A model generated the notes under the pieces. That model was given only the letters and a program-made list of their open reading frames with translations, was not told the DNA's origin and did no database searches. From the NCBI GenBank assembly GCA_049282655.1, contig JBAPUM010000112.1, positions 2,945 to 66,944 of the forward strand: DNA of 64,000 nt, read 5' to 3'. Position 1 is the stretch's first letter; each line of letters begins with the position of its first letter. Below are positions 54,839-64,000 of this stretch, piece after piece. This stretch comes from Xanthobacteraceae bacterium (lineage in GTDB: Bacteria > Pseudomonadota > Alphaproteobacteria > Rhizobiales > Xanthobacteraceae). The translations under genes were made by a program, and so were the position numbers.

Positions 54839-55799
54839 GGTGATCGAACTTTGCCTCGGTTATCCGGAACCGCTGGTGCGCGCAATCGGCCATCCGGTGA
54901 CCTGGATCGGCGCCTTGATCGCCACGCTCGACCGCACGCTCAATCCCTCACCCTACCCTCCCCCGCAAGCGCAGGACGGAAGGCTGGGCGTGCGTCTTGC
55001 GGGTATTATCGCAGTTCTGATCGTTCTTGGCATCGTCGGATCGATCGCCTTTGTGGTCGAACAAGCGGTGCTTCGCATTCCCTTCGGGTTCTTCGCTGCC
55101 GCGGTCCTCGCCAGCGCCTTGATTGCGCAACGCAGCCTGCACCGGCACGTCGCCGATGTCGCGGCCGCGCTCGAAATGAACGGCATTGAAGCCGGACGCG
55201 TCGCGGTTTCGCACATCGTCGGCCGCGATACTGCGGCGCTTGACGAAGCCGGCGTCGCCCGCGCGGCGATCGAAAGCCTCGCCGAGAATTTCTCCGATGC
55301 GGTCGTGGCGCCGGCGCTGTGGCTCGCTGTCGCGGGACTGCCCGGCGCCGCGCTCTATAAGGCCATCAATACCGCCGACAGCATGATCGGCCACCGCACG
55401 CCCCGCTACGAAGCGTTCGGCTGGGCGGCGGCGCGGCTCGATGACGTTATCAATCTGCCAGCGTCGCGGCTCACGGCGCTCCTGCTAGCTACCGCAGCCG
55501 CATTACGCCGGGATACCTCGGCGACGTCGGCATGGCGAACGGTGCGGCGCGATGCTGCTCGCCATCGCTCGCCCAATGCCGGCTATCCGGAAGCCGCCAT
55601 GGCGGGCGCGCTCGGGCTGTCGCTCGCGGGGCCGCGCAGTTACGGGGGCTTGCGCGTCGACGATGCAGCGATGGGCGATGGCCGTCGCGACGCCACGGCC
55701 GCCGACATCCGCCGCGCGCTTTCGCTGTACCGCACCGCCGACGCTATTCTGATCGCATTTATCGGGGTATTGGCCGCGATTTTCAGCGCGCCAATGTGA
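54810..55799 (+). CDS. cobD: adenosylcobinamide-phosphate synthase (CobD/CbiB)
   Basis: 329 aa, GAAGGGGA SD. N-terminus ..[24 protein letters not shown] is typical of CbiB/CobD. Polytopic membrane protein. Confidence 0.92.
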   Translation: MSAALALVAMVIELCLGYPEPLVRAIGHPVTWIGALIATLDRTLNPSPYPPPQAQDGRLGVRLAGIIAVLIVLGIVGSIAFVVEQAVLRIPFGFFAAAVLASALIAQRSLHRHVADVAAALEMNGIEAGRVAVSHIVGRDTAALDEAGVARAAIESLAENFSDAVVAPALWLAVAGLPGAALYKAINTADSMIGHRTPRYEAFGWAAARLDDVINLPASRLTALLLATAAALRRDTSATSAWRTVRRDAARHRSPNAGYPEAAMAGALGLSLAGPRSYGGLRVDDAAMGDGRRDATAADIRRALSLYRTADAILIAFIGVLAAIFSAPM

Positions 55800-57243
55800 G
55801 CAGCCGATCGAGATCGAGATCGGTGGCGAGGTGGGCTGCCAGCGCGTCGAGTGTGTGCTCGACCAAATCCTCGTAGGCGATATTCGCCGTGCCAGCCCCT
55901 AAGCGCGTCAGCCACGCCCCGCGCTGGCGGTCGTCGGCGAATAGCCCGTGGATGTAGCTGCCAATCGCGCGGCCATCGGCGGAAACCGCGCCCTCCGCCG
56001 AGCCGTCGGCGAGACGCGCAAAGGGGCGCGCCCGATCGGGCCCTTCGGTCACGCCCATATGCATTTCGTAGCCAGAAAACGACACGCCATCGGTCGTCGC
56101 GCCCTCTACGGCTTCGAGACGCTTCTCGTCGGACAGCACGGTCTCGACGTCGAGGAGGCCAAGGCCCTCGACGTTTCCTGGCGGACCTTCGATGCCGCCG
56201 GGGTCGGCAATCATGCGTCCCAGCATCTGATAGCCGCCGCAAAGCCCCAGCACGATGCCGCCGCGGCGCCGATGCGCGGCGATGTCGATGTCAAATCCCG
56301 TGGCACGCAGAGCATTGAGATCGGCGATCGTCGCCTTCGAGCCCGGTAATAAAATGAGATCGGCATCGCCCGGCAGCGCCGTGCCGGGCCGCACGCGAAT
56401 AAGTTCGATCGCGGGCTCGGCGTCGAGCGGATCGAGATCGTCGAAATTGGCGATGTGCGGCAGGATCGGCACGACGATGCGAAGCCGAGCGTGCGGTTTT
56501 GCCGGCCGGGCGTGGTCGAGCGCAAGCGCATCCTCCGCCGGCAGCAAACGGGCATCGGCGAAGAACGGCACCAGGCCGAGCGCCTGCCACCCCGTCATCT
56601 GCGCAATGCGTTCCATGCCGGAGGCAAACAGCGCCGGATCGCCGCGAAATTTGTTGACAATGAAGCCGCGAATAAGCGCCGCATCGTCCGGCGCAATCAC
56701 GGTCTTGGTGCCGACGAGGCTTGCGATGACGCCGCCCCGATCGATGTCGCCGATCAGCACCACCGGCAGATCGGCCGCCCGGGCAAAGCCCATATTGGCG
56801 ATATCGTTGGCGCGCAGATTGACTTCGGCGGCGCTGCCGGCGCCCTCAACCAGCACGATATCGGCGTCACGCTTCAGCCTTTCATAACTGTCGAGCACCG
56901 CCGGCAAGAGATCGCGTTTCATCTCTTGATAGGCCGCAGCCTTGGCGTTGCCGTACACGCGGCCCTGCACCACGATCTGCGCGCCGACATCGCTCTGCGG
57001 CTTCAGCAGAACCGGGTTCATATGCACGCTCGGCGGCGTCCGCGCGGCGCGCGCCTGCAAGGCCTGGGCGCGCCCGATCTCGCCGCCATCGGCCGTCACC
57101 GCCGCATTATTCGACATATTCTGCGGCTTGAACGGGCGCACGCTGAGGCCGCGCAGCGTCAGGGCACGGGCAAGGCCGGCGACGATCAACGACTTGCCGA
57201 CGTCGGAGCCCGTGCCCTGAAACATCAGCGCGCGCGCCGGCAT
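55783..57243 (-). CDS. cobQ: cobyric acid synthase
   Basis: 486 aa. N-terminus [19 protein letters not shown]-terminal GATase domain ([10 protein letters not shown]). Confidence 0.95.
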   Translation of the reverse strand: MPARALMFQGTGSDVGKSLIVAGLARALTLRGLSVRPFKPQNMSNNAAVTADGGEIGRAQALQARAARTPPSVHMNPVLLKPQSDVGAQIVVQGRVYGNAKAAAYQEMKRDLLPAVLDSYERLKRDADIVLVEGAGSAAEVNLRANDIANMGFARAADLPVVLIGDIDRGGVIASLVGTKTVIAPDDAALIRGFIVNKFRGDPALFASGMERIAQMTGWQALGLVPFFADARLLPAEDALALDHARPAKPHARLRIVVPILPHIANFDDLDPLDAEPAIELIRVRPGTALPGDADLILLPGSKATIADLNALRATGFDIDIAAHRRRGGIVLGLCGGYQMLGRMIADPGGIEGPPGNVEGLGLLDVETVLSDEKRLEAVEGATTDGVSFSGYEMHMGVTEGPDRARPFARLADGSAEGAVSADGRAIGSYIHGLFADDRQRGAWLTRLGAGTANIAYEDLVEHTLDALAAHLATDLDLDRLLTLAR

Positions 57244-57246
57244 TGT

Positions 57247-57864
57247 TCAGTACTCGATGCCGGGCTGTGCCTTCACGCCGGCGGCGAAATGGTGCTTCAC
57301 CAGCGTCATTTCGGTGACAAGATCGGCGGCAGCGATCAATTCCGGTTTGGCATTGCGGCCGGTGACGACGACATGCAGGCCGGGTCGGCGCGCCGCGAGT
57401 GTCGCAACGACCGCGTTCAGGTCGAGATAATCGTAGCGCAGCGCGATGTTGAGTTCGTCGAGAACCAACATCGCAATGCTCGGATCCTCCATCAATTCGC
57501 GCGCTTTGGCCCAAGCACGCTCGGCCGCCGCCACATCGCGTGCGCGATCCTGCGTTTCCCAGGTGAAACCTTCACCCATGGTGTGCCAAACCACCTGGTC
57601 GCCGAATTTCTCGAGCGCATCGCGCTCCGCCGAATGCCAGGCGCCCTTGATGAATTGCACGACGCCGACGCGATGGCCGCGCCCGATCATGCGCAGCGCG
57701 AGCCCGAAACCGGCGGTCGATTTCCCCTTGCCGGTGCCGGTATGGACGATCAGCAGTCCCTTCTCGATGGTCTTGCCGGCGACCTCGGCGTCCTGCACCG
57801 CCTTGCGTTTCGCCATCTTGGCGCGGTGCCGTTCGGCTTCCGCGTGATCGATCGTTTGCGTCAT
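57247..57864 (-). CDS. cobO: cob(I)yrinic acid a,c-diamide adenosyltransferase
   Basis: 205 aa. P-loop-like HTGTGKGKSTAGFG and LDELN motifs. Its stop lies 3 nt before the cobQ start. Confidence 0.95.
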   Translation of the reverse strand: MTQTIDHAEAERHRAKMAKRKAVQDAEVAGKTIEKGLLIVHTGTGKGKSTAGFGLALRMIGRGHRVGVVQFIKGAWHSAERDALEKFGDQVVWHTMGEGFTWETQDRARDVAAAERAWAKARELMEDPSIAMLVLDELNIALRYDYLDLNAVVATLAARRPGLHVVVTGRNAKPELIAAADLVTEMTLVKHHFAAGVKAQPGIEY

Positions 57865-57873
57865 CGCATCACC

Positions 57874-58395
57874 TTACAGCACACCTTTGACCGCCAGCGG
57901 CAGACCGGCGACGACCAGCACGACGCGATCGGCGCGCGCGGCTATGCGCTGATTGAGCACGCCCTGCCAGTCGCGAAAACGCCGGCCGAGCGGATAATCC
58001 GGCACAATGCCGTAACCTACTTCATTGGCGACCAGGACGACCGGCGCCGCGACCGTGTCCAGCGTTTGTTCGAGCTCGGCGATTTGCGGCTCGATATCCA
58101 CCTCGACCAGCATCAGATTGGACAGCCACAGCGTCAGGCAATCGACCAGCACCGGCCTGCATTGACACGATTTGAGCGCGGCGGCGAGGTCGCGCGGCGC
58201 CTCGACGGTCTGCCAATCCGCCCCGCGCCGCACCCGATGCGCGGCAATACGCTCGGCCATTTCCGCGTCGCCTGCCTCCGCTGTCGCCACATAAGTCCAA
58301 GGCGGCGGCAGCGTGGCGATCAGACTTTCGGCATAGCGGCTCTTGCCCGAACGGGCGCCGCCGAGGACGAAAGTGCGTTTTACAGGGCTCTGCAT
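57874..58395 (-). CDS. cobU: bifunctional adenosylcobinamide kinase / adenosylcobinamide-phosphate guanylyltransferase
   Basis: ATG 58395 gives MQSPVKRTFVLGGARSGKSRYAE (P-loop about 10 aa from the start, as in CobP/CobU). The track ORF starts at GTG 58479. Confidence 0.92.
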   Translation of the reverse strand: MQSPVKRTFVLGGARSGKSRYAESLIATLPPPWTYVATAEAGDAEMAERIAAHRVRRGADWQTVEAPRDLAAALKSCQCRPVLVDCLTLWLSNLMLVEVDIEPQIAELEQTLDTVAAPVVLVANEVGYGIVPDYPLGRRFRDWQGVLNQRIAARADRVVLVVAGLPLAVKGVL

Positions 58396-58486
58396 CAGAT
58401 AATTCAGGTATTTGGCTCGGAACTCTGGATCGAGACGCGGCCGGCCAGATTGACAGGCCCGGCCGGCGAAATCTATCACTAGCCTA

Positions 58487-58670
58487 CCGATGGTCCCTCA
58501 CGCTGAGGGTGAATAGGGAATGCGGTGCGGCCACGCGTAAGCGCCGGCTCAATCCGCAGCTGCCCCCGCAACTGTGAGCGGGTAGTCTCGTCCGGTTAAG
58601 CCACTGGCGCCGCTTGCGCCGGGAAGGCAGGGCGAGGCGACGATCCGCGAGCCAGGAGACCTGCCATCGG
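58487..58670 (+). promoter_or_regulatory. cobalamin (AdoCbl) riboswitch aptamer
   Basis: Conserved core elements in order: P1 CCGATGG...CCATCGG, AATAGGGAA-TGC-GGTG, GCCCCCGCAACTGTGA, GCCACTGG, GGGAAGGC, and the B12 box AGCCAGGAGACCTGCC. Located upstream of the NiCoT gene on the same strand. Confidence 0.9.
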
Positions 58671-58740
58671 CCGTGTCGACGCGACAAACACGGGTCGGGG
58701 TGCACCTGTGGATGATCCGAAAGACGCATAGTCTTTCGGT

Positions 58741-58772
58741 CCTCGCTCGCGCCGACGGCTGGTCATGCGAGG
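58741..58772 (+). promoter_or_regulatory. possible SD-sequestering helix of the riboswitch expression platform (CCTCGC ... GCGAGG)
   Basis: A 6-nt complement of the SD region (GCGAGGG, 5 nt before GTG 58779), read directly. The pairing is a hypothesis. Confidence 0.35.
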
Positions 58773-58778
58773 GCGTTC

Positions 58779-59846
58779 GTGTTCACTTTTCTGAAGTCTG
58801 CGGTCGATGACGCGTCGACCGACCAGCGCGCCAAGGTCGGCACGCTCTATTTCTTTCTCCTCGCGGCGAATGCCCTGGTGTGGATCTGGGCGGTCGTCGC
58901 CTTCGCCGATCGCCCGACGCTGCTCGGTACGGCATTCCTCGCTTATGTGCTCGGGCTGCGCCACGCCGTCGACGCCGATCATATCGCGGCGATCGACAAT
59001 GTCGTCCGCAAGCTGATGCAGGAAGGCAAGCGGCCGGTTTCGGCGGGCCTGTTTTTCTCGCTCGGGCATTCGCTGGTGGTCGCGATTGCGGTCGCGGTGA
59101 TCGTCGGTACGGCTTTTGCGCTGCAGGGCCGGCTGCATCCCTTCAAGATCATCGGCAGCATCATCGGCACCGGCGCATCGGCGTTTTTCCTGCTGGCGAT
59201 CGCCGCGATCAACCTCGTCATCCTGCGCCACGCCTGGCAGAGCTTCCGGCGCGCCCGCCGGGGCGAACCGGTCGGCGAGCAGGAGCTTAATCATCTCCTC
59301 TCCGGCCGCGGCTTTCTCGCCCGTATCTGCCGGCCGCTGTTCCGCATGGTGTCGCGCAGCTGGCAGATGTTCCCGATTGGATTTTTGTTCGGACTCGGCT
59401 TCGACACCGCGACCGAGATTACGCTGTTTACCGTCGCCGCGGGCCAGGCTTCAGGCGGCATGAGTTTCGGCACCGTCATGATCTTCCCCGCGCTCTTCGC
59501 CGCCGGAATGACGATCGCCGACACCACCGACAGCGTCTTGATGGTCGGCGCCTATGGCTGGGCTTTCGTCAATCCGATCCGCAAGATTTGGTACAATCTC
59601 ACCATCACCGCCATTTCGGTGCTGGTCGCGCTGTTGATCGGCGGCATCGAGGCGCTCGGACTGATCGCCGACAAGCTCGGCCTCGAAGGCGGCATCTGGG
59701 GTACGATCGACAGTCTCAACAGCGGCGTCGCCAATTTCGGCTATCTGGTTATCGGCATCTTCGTCGGCAGTTGGGCCATTTCCTATCTGATCTATCGCTG
59801 GCAGGGTTTCGATCGGCCGGTGGTCGAGCGCGTGATGGGTGGATGA
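58779..59846 (+). CDS. HoxN/HupN/NixA (NiCoT) family transporter, predicted cobalt uptake
   Basis: Signatures LGLRHAVDADHIAAIDN, FFSLGHS and GLGFDTATEI. GTG start with GAGGG SD. Directly downstream of the B12 riboswitch. Confidence 0.92.
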   Translation: MFTFLKSAVDDASTDQRAKVGTLYFFLLAANALVWIWAVVAFADRPTLLGTAFLAYVLGLRHAVDADHIAAIDNVVRKLMQEGKRPVSAGLFFSLGHSLVVAIAVAVIVGTAFALQGRLHPFKIIGSIIGTGASAFFLLAIAAINLVILRHAWQSFRRARRGEPVGEQELNHLLSGRGFLARICRPLFRMVSRSWQMFPIGFLFGLGFDTATEITLFTVAAGQASGGMSFGTVMIFPALFAAGMTIADTTDSVLMVGAYGWAFVNPIRKIWYNLTITAISVLVALLIGGIEALGLIADKLGLEGGIWGTIDSLNSGVANFGYLVIGIFVGSWAISYLIYRWQGFDRPVVERVMGG

Positions 59847-60244
59847 TGGCGGCGACCATGCACAGCGCGGCGATCCAAAACCCCGTGATCTATGTCTGCA
59901 CCACCTGCAAACGGGCCGGCGAGCCGGAGACCGAACCGCGGCCCGGCGCGCTCCTCGCCGCCGCGACTGAACACGCGGCAACCGGAACCGAAGTCACGGT
60001 GCGAAGGCTGCGTTGCCTCGCGAATTGCACGCGCGGTCCGAGTGCCGCGATGCGCTGCAACGGCTCCTGGACCTATCTGTTCGGCGGCCTCGACGAAGGT
60101 TGCGCCGGCGCACTCATCGAAGGCGCACGCCTTCTGGCCGGCGCCGCCGACGGCATTCTGCCCTGGCGCGGCCGGCCGGAAATTCTCAAGCGTGGGCTGA
60201 TCGCCCGCCTTCCCCCCATCGGTTTTGAAGAGGTCGAGCTATGA
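59843..60244 (+). CDS. DUF1636 family predicted metal-binding protein
   Basis: 133 aa. Its ATG overlaps the NiCoT stop (ATGA) and its stop overlaps the cobW ATG. Cys pattern CTTC...C..NC. The tail ..GSWTYLFGGLDEG..PWRGRPEILKRGLIARLPP matches my memory of DUF1636. Confidence 0.75.
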   Translation: MMAATMHSAAIQNPVIYVCTTCKRAGEPETEPRPGALLAAATEHAATGTEVTVRRLRCLANCTRGPSAAMRCNGSWTYLFGGLDEGCAGALIEGARLLAGAADGILPWRGRPEILKRGLIARLPPIGFEEVEL

Positions 60245-61275
60245 CCGGTTCGCTTGCGCGCGTACCCTGCACCATCGTCACCGGCTTTCTCGGCGCCGGC
60301 AAGACGACGCTGATCCGCCACCTGCTGGCGAATACGCAGGGCCGCCGCCTCGCCGTCATCGTCAACGAATTCGGCGACGTCGGCATCGACGGCGATATTC
60401 TCAAGGGCTGCGGCAACGCCGCCTGCCCAGAGGAGAACATCGTCGAATTGGCCAATGGCTGCCTGTGTTGCACGGTCGCCGATGAATTCGTGCCGGCGCT
60501 CGACGCCATTCTGGCGAAAGGCGGCATCGAGCATATCGTGATCGAAACCTCGGGCCTCGCGCTGCCGAAACCGCTGGTGCAGGCGTTCCATTGGCCGGCG
60601 ATCAAAAGCCGCGTCACCGTCGACGGCGTCGTGGTCGTCGTCGACGGCGCGGCGCTTGCCGACGGCCGGGTCGCCCAGGATCTCGATGCGCTCAAGCGCC
60701 AGCGCTCGGCCGATTCGGCGCTCGACCACGACGATCCGATCGAGGAAGTCTTCGAGGATCAGATCGCCTGCGCCGATCTCGTGGTGCTGAACAAACGCGA
60801 CCTTCTCGACGAAGCCGGCATCAACAGCGCGCTGGCCGCGATTTCGAATGCGCTGCCGCGCAGCGTGAAAGTCCTCACGGCGACCGGCGGCAAGGTGGAC
60901 GAGACATTGCTGCTCGGCCTCGGCGTCGGTACCGAAGACGACATCGAAAATCGTCGCACCCGGCACGACGCCGAGCTTGAGCACGACCACGACGACTTCG
61001 ACTCCTTTGTCGTAGCGCTGGGCGAGATTGCCGATCCGGCACTGCTGGTCGGACGCGTTGCCGCGCTCGCCGAGGATTTCGACGTACTGCGCGTCAAAGG
61101 ATTTGCGGCGGTCGCCAACAAGCCGTTGCGCTTGCAGGTCCAGGCGGTCGGGCCACGGGTGTCGCATCAATATGACCGGCCGTGGGGTGCGGCCGAAACA
61201 CGCCAAGGCCAGCTCGTGGTGATCGGACTGAAGGGACTCGATCGCGCCGCCGTCACCCAGGCCCTTTTAGGCTAA
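60241..61275 (+). CDS. cobW: cobalamin biosynthesis GTPase CobW (COG0523)
   Basis: P-loop GFLGAGKTTL, metal motif GCLCC, 344 aa. Confidence 0.93.
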   Translation: MTGSLARVPCTIVTGFLGAGKTTLIRHLLANTQGRRLAVIVNEFGDVGIDGDILKGCGNAACPEENIVELANGCLCCTVADEFVPALDAILAKGGIEHIVIETSGLALPKPLVQAFHWPAIKSRVTVDGVVVVVDGAALADGRVAQDLDALKRQRSADSALDHDDPIEEVFEDQIACADLVVLNKRDLLDEAGINSALAAISNALPRSVKVLTATGGKVDETLLLGLGVGTEDDIENRRTRHDAELEHDHDDFDSFVVALGEIADPALLVGRVAALAEDFDVLRVKGFAAVANKPLRLQVQAVGPRVSHQYDRPWGAAETRQGQLVVIGLKGLDRAAVTQALLG

Positions 61276-61278
61276 GCG

Positions 61279-64000
61279 ATGCATCTCCTGACGACGAGCT
61301 CAACCGGCCTCGACGAATTGGTCGAAGCGGTCGATCTCGGCCAGACGCCGGGCGATATCGCCATCCTGTCCTTCGCCGACAGCGATCTCTCGGCGCTCGC
61401 CGCGGCGTGGGAAGCCGAGCGCGACGCGCTGCCGACGGTCCGGCTCGCGCATCTGCGCGACCTGCGCCACCCGATGTCGGTCGATCTGTGGATCGATCGC
61501 GTCGGCGCGCATGCCAAGGTGGTGGTGGTCCGTCTCCTCGGCGGCTTCGATTGGTGGAAATACGGCATCGAGCGGCTTTCGGCTGAGGCGCGCCAGCGCG
61601 GCATCGCGCTCGCGGTGCTGCCGGGCGAAGACCGCGACGACCCACGGCTCGAAGCGGCCTCGACGCTGCCACCTCAGGAGCTGGAAACGCTGCTGCGTTT
61701 CTTCCGCGAAGGCGGCCGGGACAATCTGCGGGCGCTGCTACGCCGGCTGGCGCGCCATGCCGGCCGTGATATTGCGCCGCGCGAACCCACAGCGGTGCCG
61801 CGCTCCGCCGGTTATCTGCCGGGCGACGGCGCGGTCGAGCTCGATCGCCTGATCGCCTTCCTCGAACCCGGCAAGCCGGTAGTGCCTATCGTGTTCTATC
61901 GCGCCATGCTGCTAGCGGCCGATACGGCGCCGGTCGATGCGTTGTGCGCGGCGCTCACGGCGCGCGGCCTGGCGCCGGCGGCGCTGGTCGTCACCAGTTT
62001 GAAGGACCGCACTGCGGCGGAGTTTCTCACGCACGCCTTTGCCAAGCTCGACCCCGCTTTGATCGTCACCATGACCGCCTTCGCCGCCGGCGGACAGGCG
62101 GACGAACCATCGCCTCTCGACGCGCCTGACGTGCCGGTGCTGCAGGTGATCAGCGCCACCACGAAGCGGGCGGTCTGGCGCGACAGCCCGCGCGGGCTCG
62201 GCGCGGCCGACCTCGCCATGCACATCGTGCTGCCGGAGCTCGACGGCCGCGTCCTTGCCGGCGTGGTCGCGTTCAAGGACCCGTTGCCGCCGCAAGAGGG
62301 GCTTGCCTTTACGGCGCTGGTGAGCCGTCCCGAAGCGGATCGCATTGCGATGGTTGCCGATCGCATTGCCGCCATGGTGCGATTGCGCGCACTGCCGCGC
62401 GCCGCGCGCCGCGTCGCGATCCTGATGCCAGATTATCCCGCCGCCAAAGGTCGTACCGGCTATGCGGTCGGGCTCGACGTGCCCGCAAGTGTGATCGCGG
62501 CGCTCGCCGACCTTGCCGCTGCCGGCTATGCCGTGGACGAAGCGCCGCAAGCGCCGCGCGATTTGCTCGATGCACTGGCGCGTGGCTCTGACGAAGCAAG
62601 GCTTTCGATCGAGAGCTACGAGGATTTGCTGGCGCGGCTGCCGAACGCGGTAGTGGCGTGCATGAATGAAGCGTGGGGCAAGCCCACTGACGATCCGGAT
62701 ATTCGTGACGGCGCTTTCCATTTTCGAGCCAAAAATTTCGGCAAGCTTTTGGTAGCGTTGCCGCCGGATCGCGGCCGCGCCGCCGAACGGCGCGCCGATT
62801 ACCACGATCCGTTATTGCCGCCGCGCCATGCGCTAGTCGCGTTCGGACTCTGGCTGCAACACGTGACTCGCGTGGATGCGCTGGTGCACATGGGCGCGCA
62901 TGGCACGCTCGAATGGCTGCCGGGCAAAGCAGTGGCGCTGACCGCGGAATGCTTTCCCGAAATCGTCACCGGCGCGCTGCCGGTGATCTACCCCTTCATC
63001 GTCAGCAATCCGGGTGAAGCGGCCCAAGCCAAGCGCCGCATCGCCGGACTGACCATCGGCCATCTGCCGCCGCCGCTCGTCGCCGGTGGGCCGAGTGGCG
63101 AGGCCCACGATCTCGAGCTCCTGCTCGACGAATATGCCCAGGCCGACGGCCTTGATCGGCGCCGCCGTGAGCGGCTCGCCAAACTGATCGTCGAGACGGC
63201 GCAGCGCACCGGATTGGCGCGAGAGGCTGGCATTTTGGCTGACGTCGACACGGCCGTCGGCGCCGACGAAGCGCTCCGCTGCATCGATGCCTGGCTGTGC
63301 GACCTGAAGGATCTGGCCGTCAAGGACGGGCAACACGTTTATGGCCGCCTGCCTCCGGATGTCGACGATCCGGCGTGGCCGGTAAGCGTCGAAAGCGAAC
63401 GCGCAGCGCTTCTCGCGGCGCTTGACGGACATCGCATCGCTCCGGGCCCCGCGGGCGCGCCCGCGCGCGGACGCCGCGATGTGCTGCCGACCGGCCGCAA
63501 TCTCTTTACCGCCGATCCGCGTACGCTGCCGACGCCGATCGCGATGGAGCTTGGCCGGCTTGCTGCCGCCGAAGTCGTGCGCGCTCATCTGCAAAAACAC
63601 GGCGAGATGCCGCGCGCGGTGGTGATCGATCTCTGGGGGAGCGCCACTTTGCGCACCGGCGGCGAGGAGATCGCGCAAGGGTTTGCGCTCTTGGGCTGCC
63701 GGCCGATCTGGGACCACGGGAGCGGCCGCGTCACCGGCGTCGAAGTGCTGCCGACCGCGGCGATGGGACGCCCACGCATCGATGTGACCTGGCGCATTTC
63801 CGGATTGTTCCGCGATCTCTTCCCGGCGCAGATCGCACTGATCGATGCCGCGGTGCAGGCGGCGGCGGCGCGTGACGAGCCGGACGACGAAAATCCGCTC
63901 GCGGTCGCTCACCGCGGAGGGGGGCGGCTTGCCCGCATCTTCGGTACTGCGCCGGGCCGCTATGGTTCCGGGGTCGAAGATCTACTCGGCCGCGACAATG
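61279..64000 (+). CDS. cobN: cobaltochelatase subunit CobN (5' part; continues beyond the window)
   Basis: Not in the ORF track (no stop in the window). ATG 61279 lies 3 nt after the cobW stop. Hand translation gives MHLLTTSSTGLDELVEAVDLGQTPGDIAILSFADSDLSALAAAWEA and, in the same frame at 62881, LVHMGAHGTLEWLPGK, a CobN/Mg-chelatase H hallmark. Confidence 0.9.
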   Translation, partial: MHLLTTSSTGLDELVEAVDLGQTPGDIAILSFADSDLSALAAAWEAERDALPTVRLAHLRDLRHPMSVDLWIDRVGAHAKVVVVRLLGGFDWWKYGIERLSAEARQRGIALAVLPGEDRDDPRLEAASTLPPQELETLLRFFREGGRDNLRALLRRLARHAGRDIAPREPTAVPRSAGYLPGDGAVELDRLIAFLEPGKPVVPIVFYRAMLLAADTAPVDALCAALTARGLAPAALVVTSLKDRTAAEFLTHAFAKLDPALIVTMTAFAAGGQADEPSPLDAPDVPVLQVISATTKRAVWRDSPRGLGAADLAMHIVLPELDGRVLAGVVAFKDPLPPQEGLAFTALVSRPEADRIAMVADRIAAMVRLRALPRAARRVAILMPDYPAAKGRTGYAVGLDVPASVIAALADLAAAGYAVDEAPQAPRDLLDALARGSDEARLSIESYEDLLARLPNAVVACMNEAWGKPTDDPDIRDGAFHFRAKNFGKLLVALPPDRGRAAERRADYHDPLLPPRHALVAFGLWLQHVTRVDALVHMGAHGTLEWLPGKAVALTAECFPEIVTGALPVIYPFIVSNPGEAAQAKRRIAGLTIGHLPPPLVAGGPSGEAHDLELLLDEYAQADGLDRRRRERLAKLIVETAQRTGLAREAGILADVDTAVGADEALRCIDAWLCDLKDLAVKDGQHVYGRLPPDVDDPAWPVSVESERAALLAALDGHRIAPGPAGAPARGRRDVLPTGRNLFTADPRTLPTPIAMELGRLAAAEVVRAHLQKHGEMPRAVVIDLWGSATLRTGGEEIAQGFALLGCRPIWDHGSGRVTGVEVLPTAAMGRPRIDVTWRISGLFRDLFPAQIALIDAAVQAAAARDEPDDENPLAVAHRGGGRLARIFGTAPGRYGSGVEDLLGRDN

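Noticed and set aside
58717-58739. Perfect 9-bp hairpin downstream of the B12 aptamer, considered as an intrinsic terminator.
   Set aside because: It is followed by TCCTCGCTC rather than a U-tract. I treat it as part of a translational expression platform instead.
1-64000. Looked for rRNA, tRNA, CRISPR arrays, IS elements, transposases, integrases, phage genes, toxin-antitoxin pairs and defence-system-type genes (nucleases, helicases, methyltransferases).
   Set aside because: None recognised in any intergenic region or ORF translation. By eye the window is metabolic and housekeeping. A tRNA or Rfam scan would be needed to exclude small RNAs formally.

Overview
GC-rich, densely coding chromosomal segment. 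Gene content and order suggest an alphaproteobacterium of the Rhizobiales type, but that is inference, not a database result. I support about 60 protein genes, one cobalamin riboswitch, several REP-like hairpins or palindromes, and no rRNA, tRNA, CRISPR array, transposase or integrase.

Housekeeping blocks:
- glnD and a class A PBP (4.0-9.0 kb).
- leuS-lptE-holA (42.3-46.5 kb).

Aerobic-type cobalamin cluster (53.1-64.0 kb):
- A cobC/cobD-type decarboxylase fused to bluB, then cobD(cbiB), cobQ, cobO and cobU.
- Divergent from these, a B12 riboswitch followed by a NiCoT transporter, DUF1636, cobW and cobN. cobN runs off the 3' edge and is absent from the ORF track.

The rest looks accessory or metabolic:
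- Four NitT/TauT-type ABC importers, one of them lacking a binding protein and carrying a duplicated permease.
- Two modules that pair a lone molybdopterin-hydroxylase large subunit with an amidohydrolase_2 enzyme.
- A LuxR solo, a MarR-hpaB pair, two aldo/keto reductases, MgtC and a SIMPL protein.

The candidate I rate highest for novelty is a tightly coupled minus-strand operon at 19.4-22.75 kb. It encodes two small polytopic membrane proteins, a secreted beta-sandwich protein, a fusion of a CarboxypepD_reg-like domain, a CxxCH haem-c motif and a Vgb-like beta-propeller, and a class II cytochrome c. A GST gene follows 19 nt downstream. I cannot assign this operon to any pathway.

Many long ORFs in the track are antisense or N-terminally over-extended artefacts of high GC. 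Where an internal start with a Shine-Dalgarno or signal peptide was visible I trimmed to it and say so.
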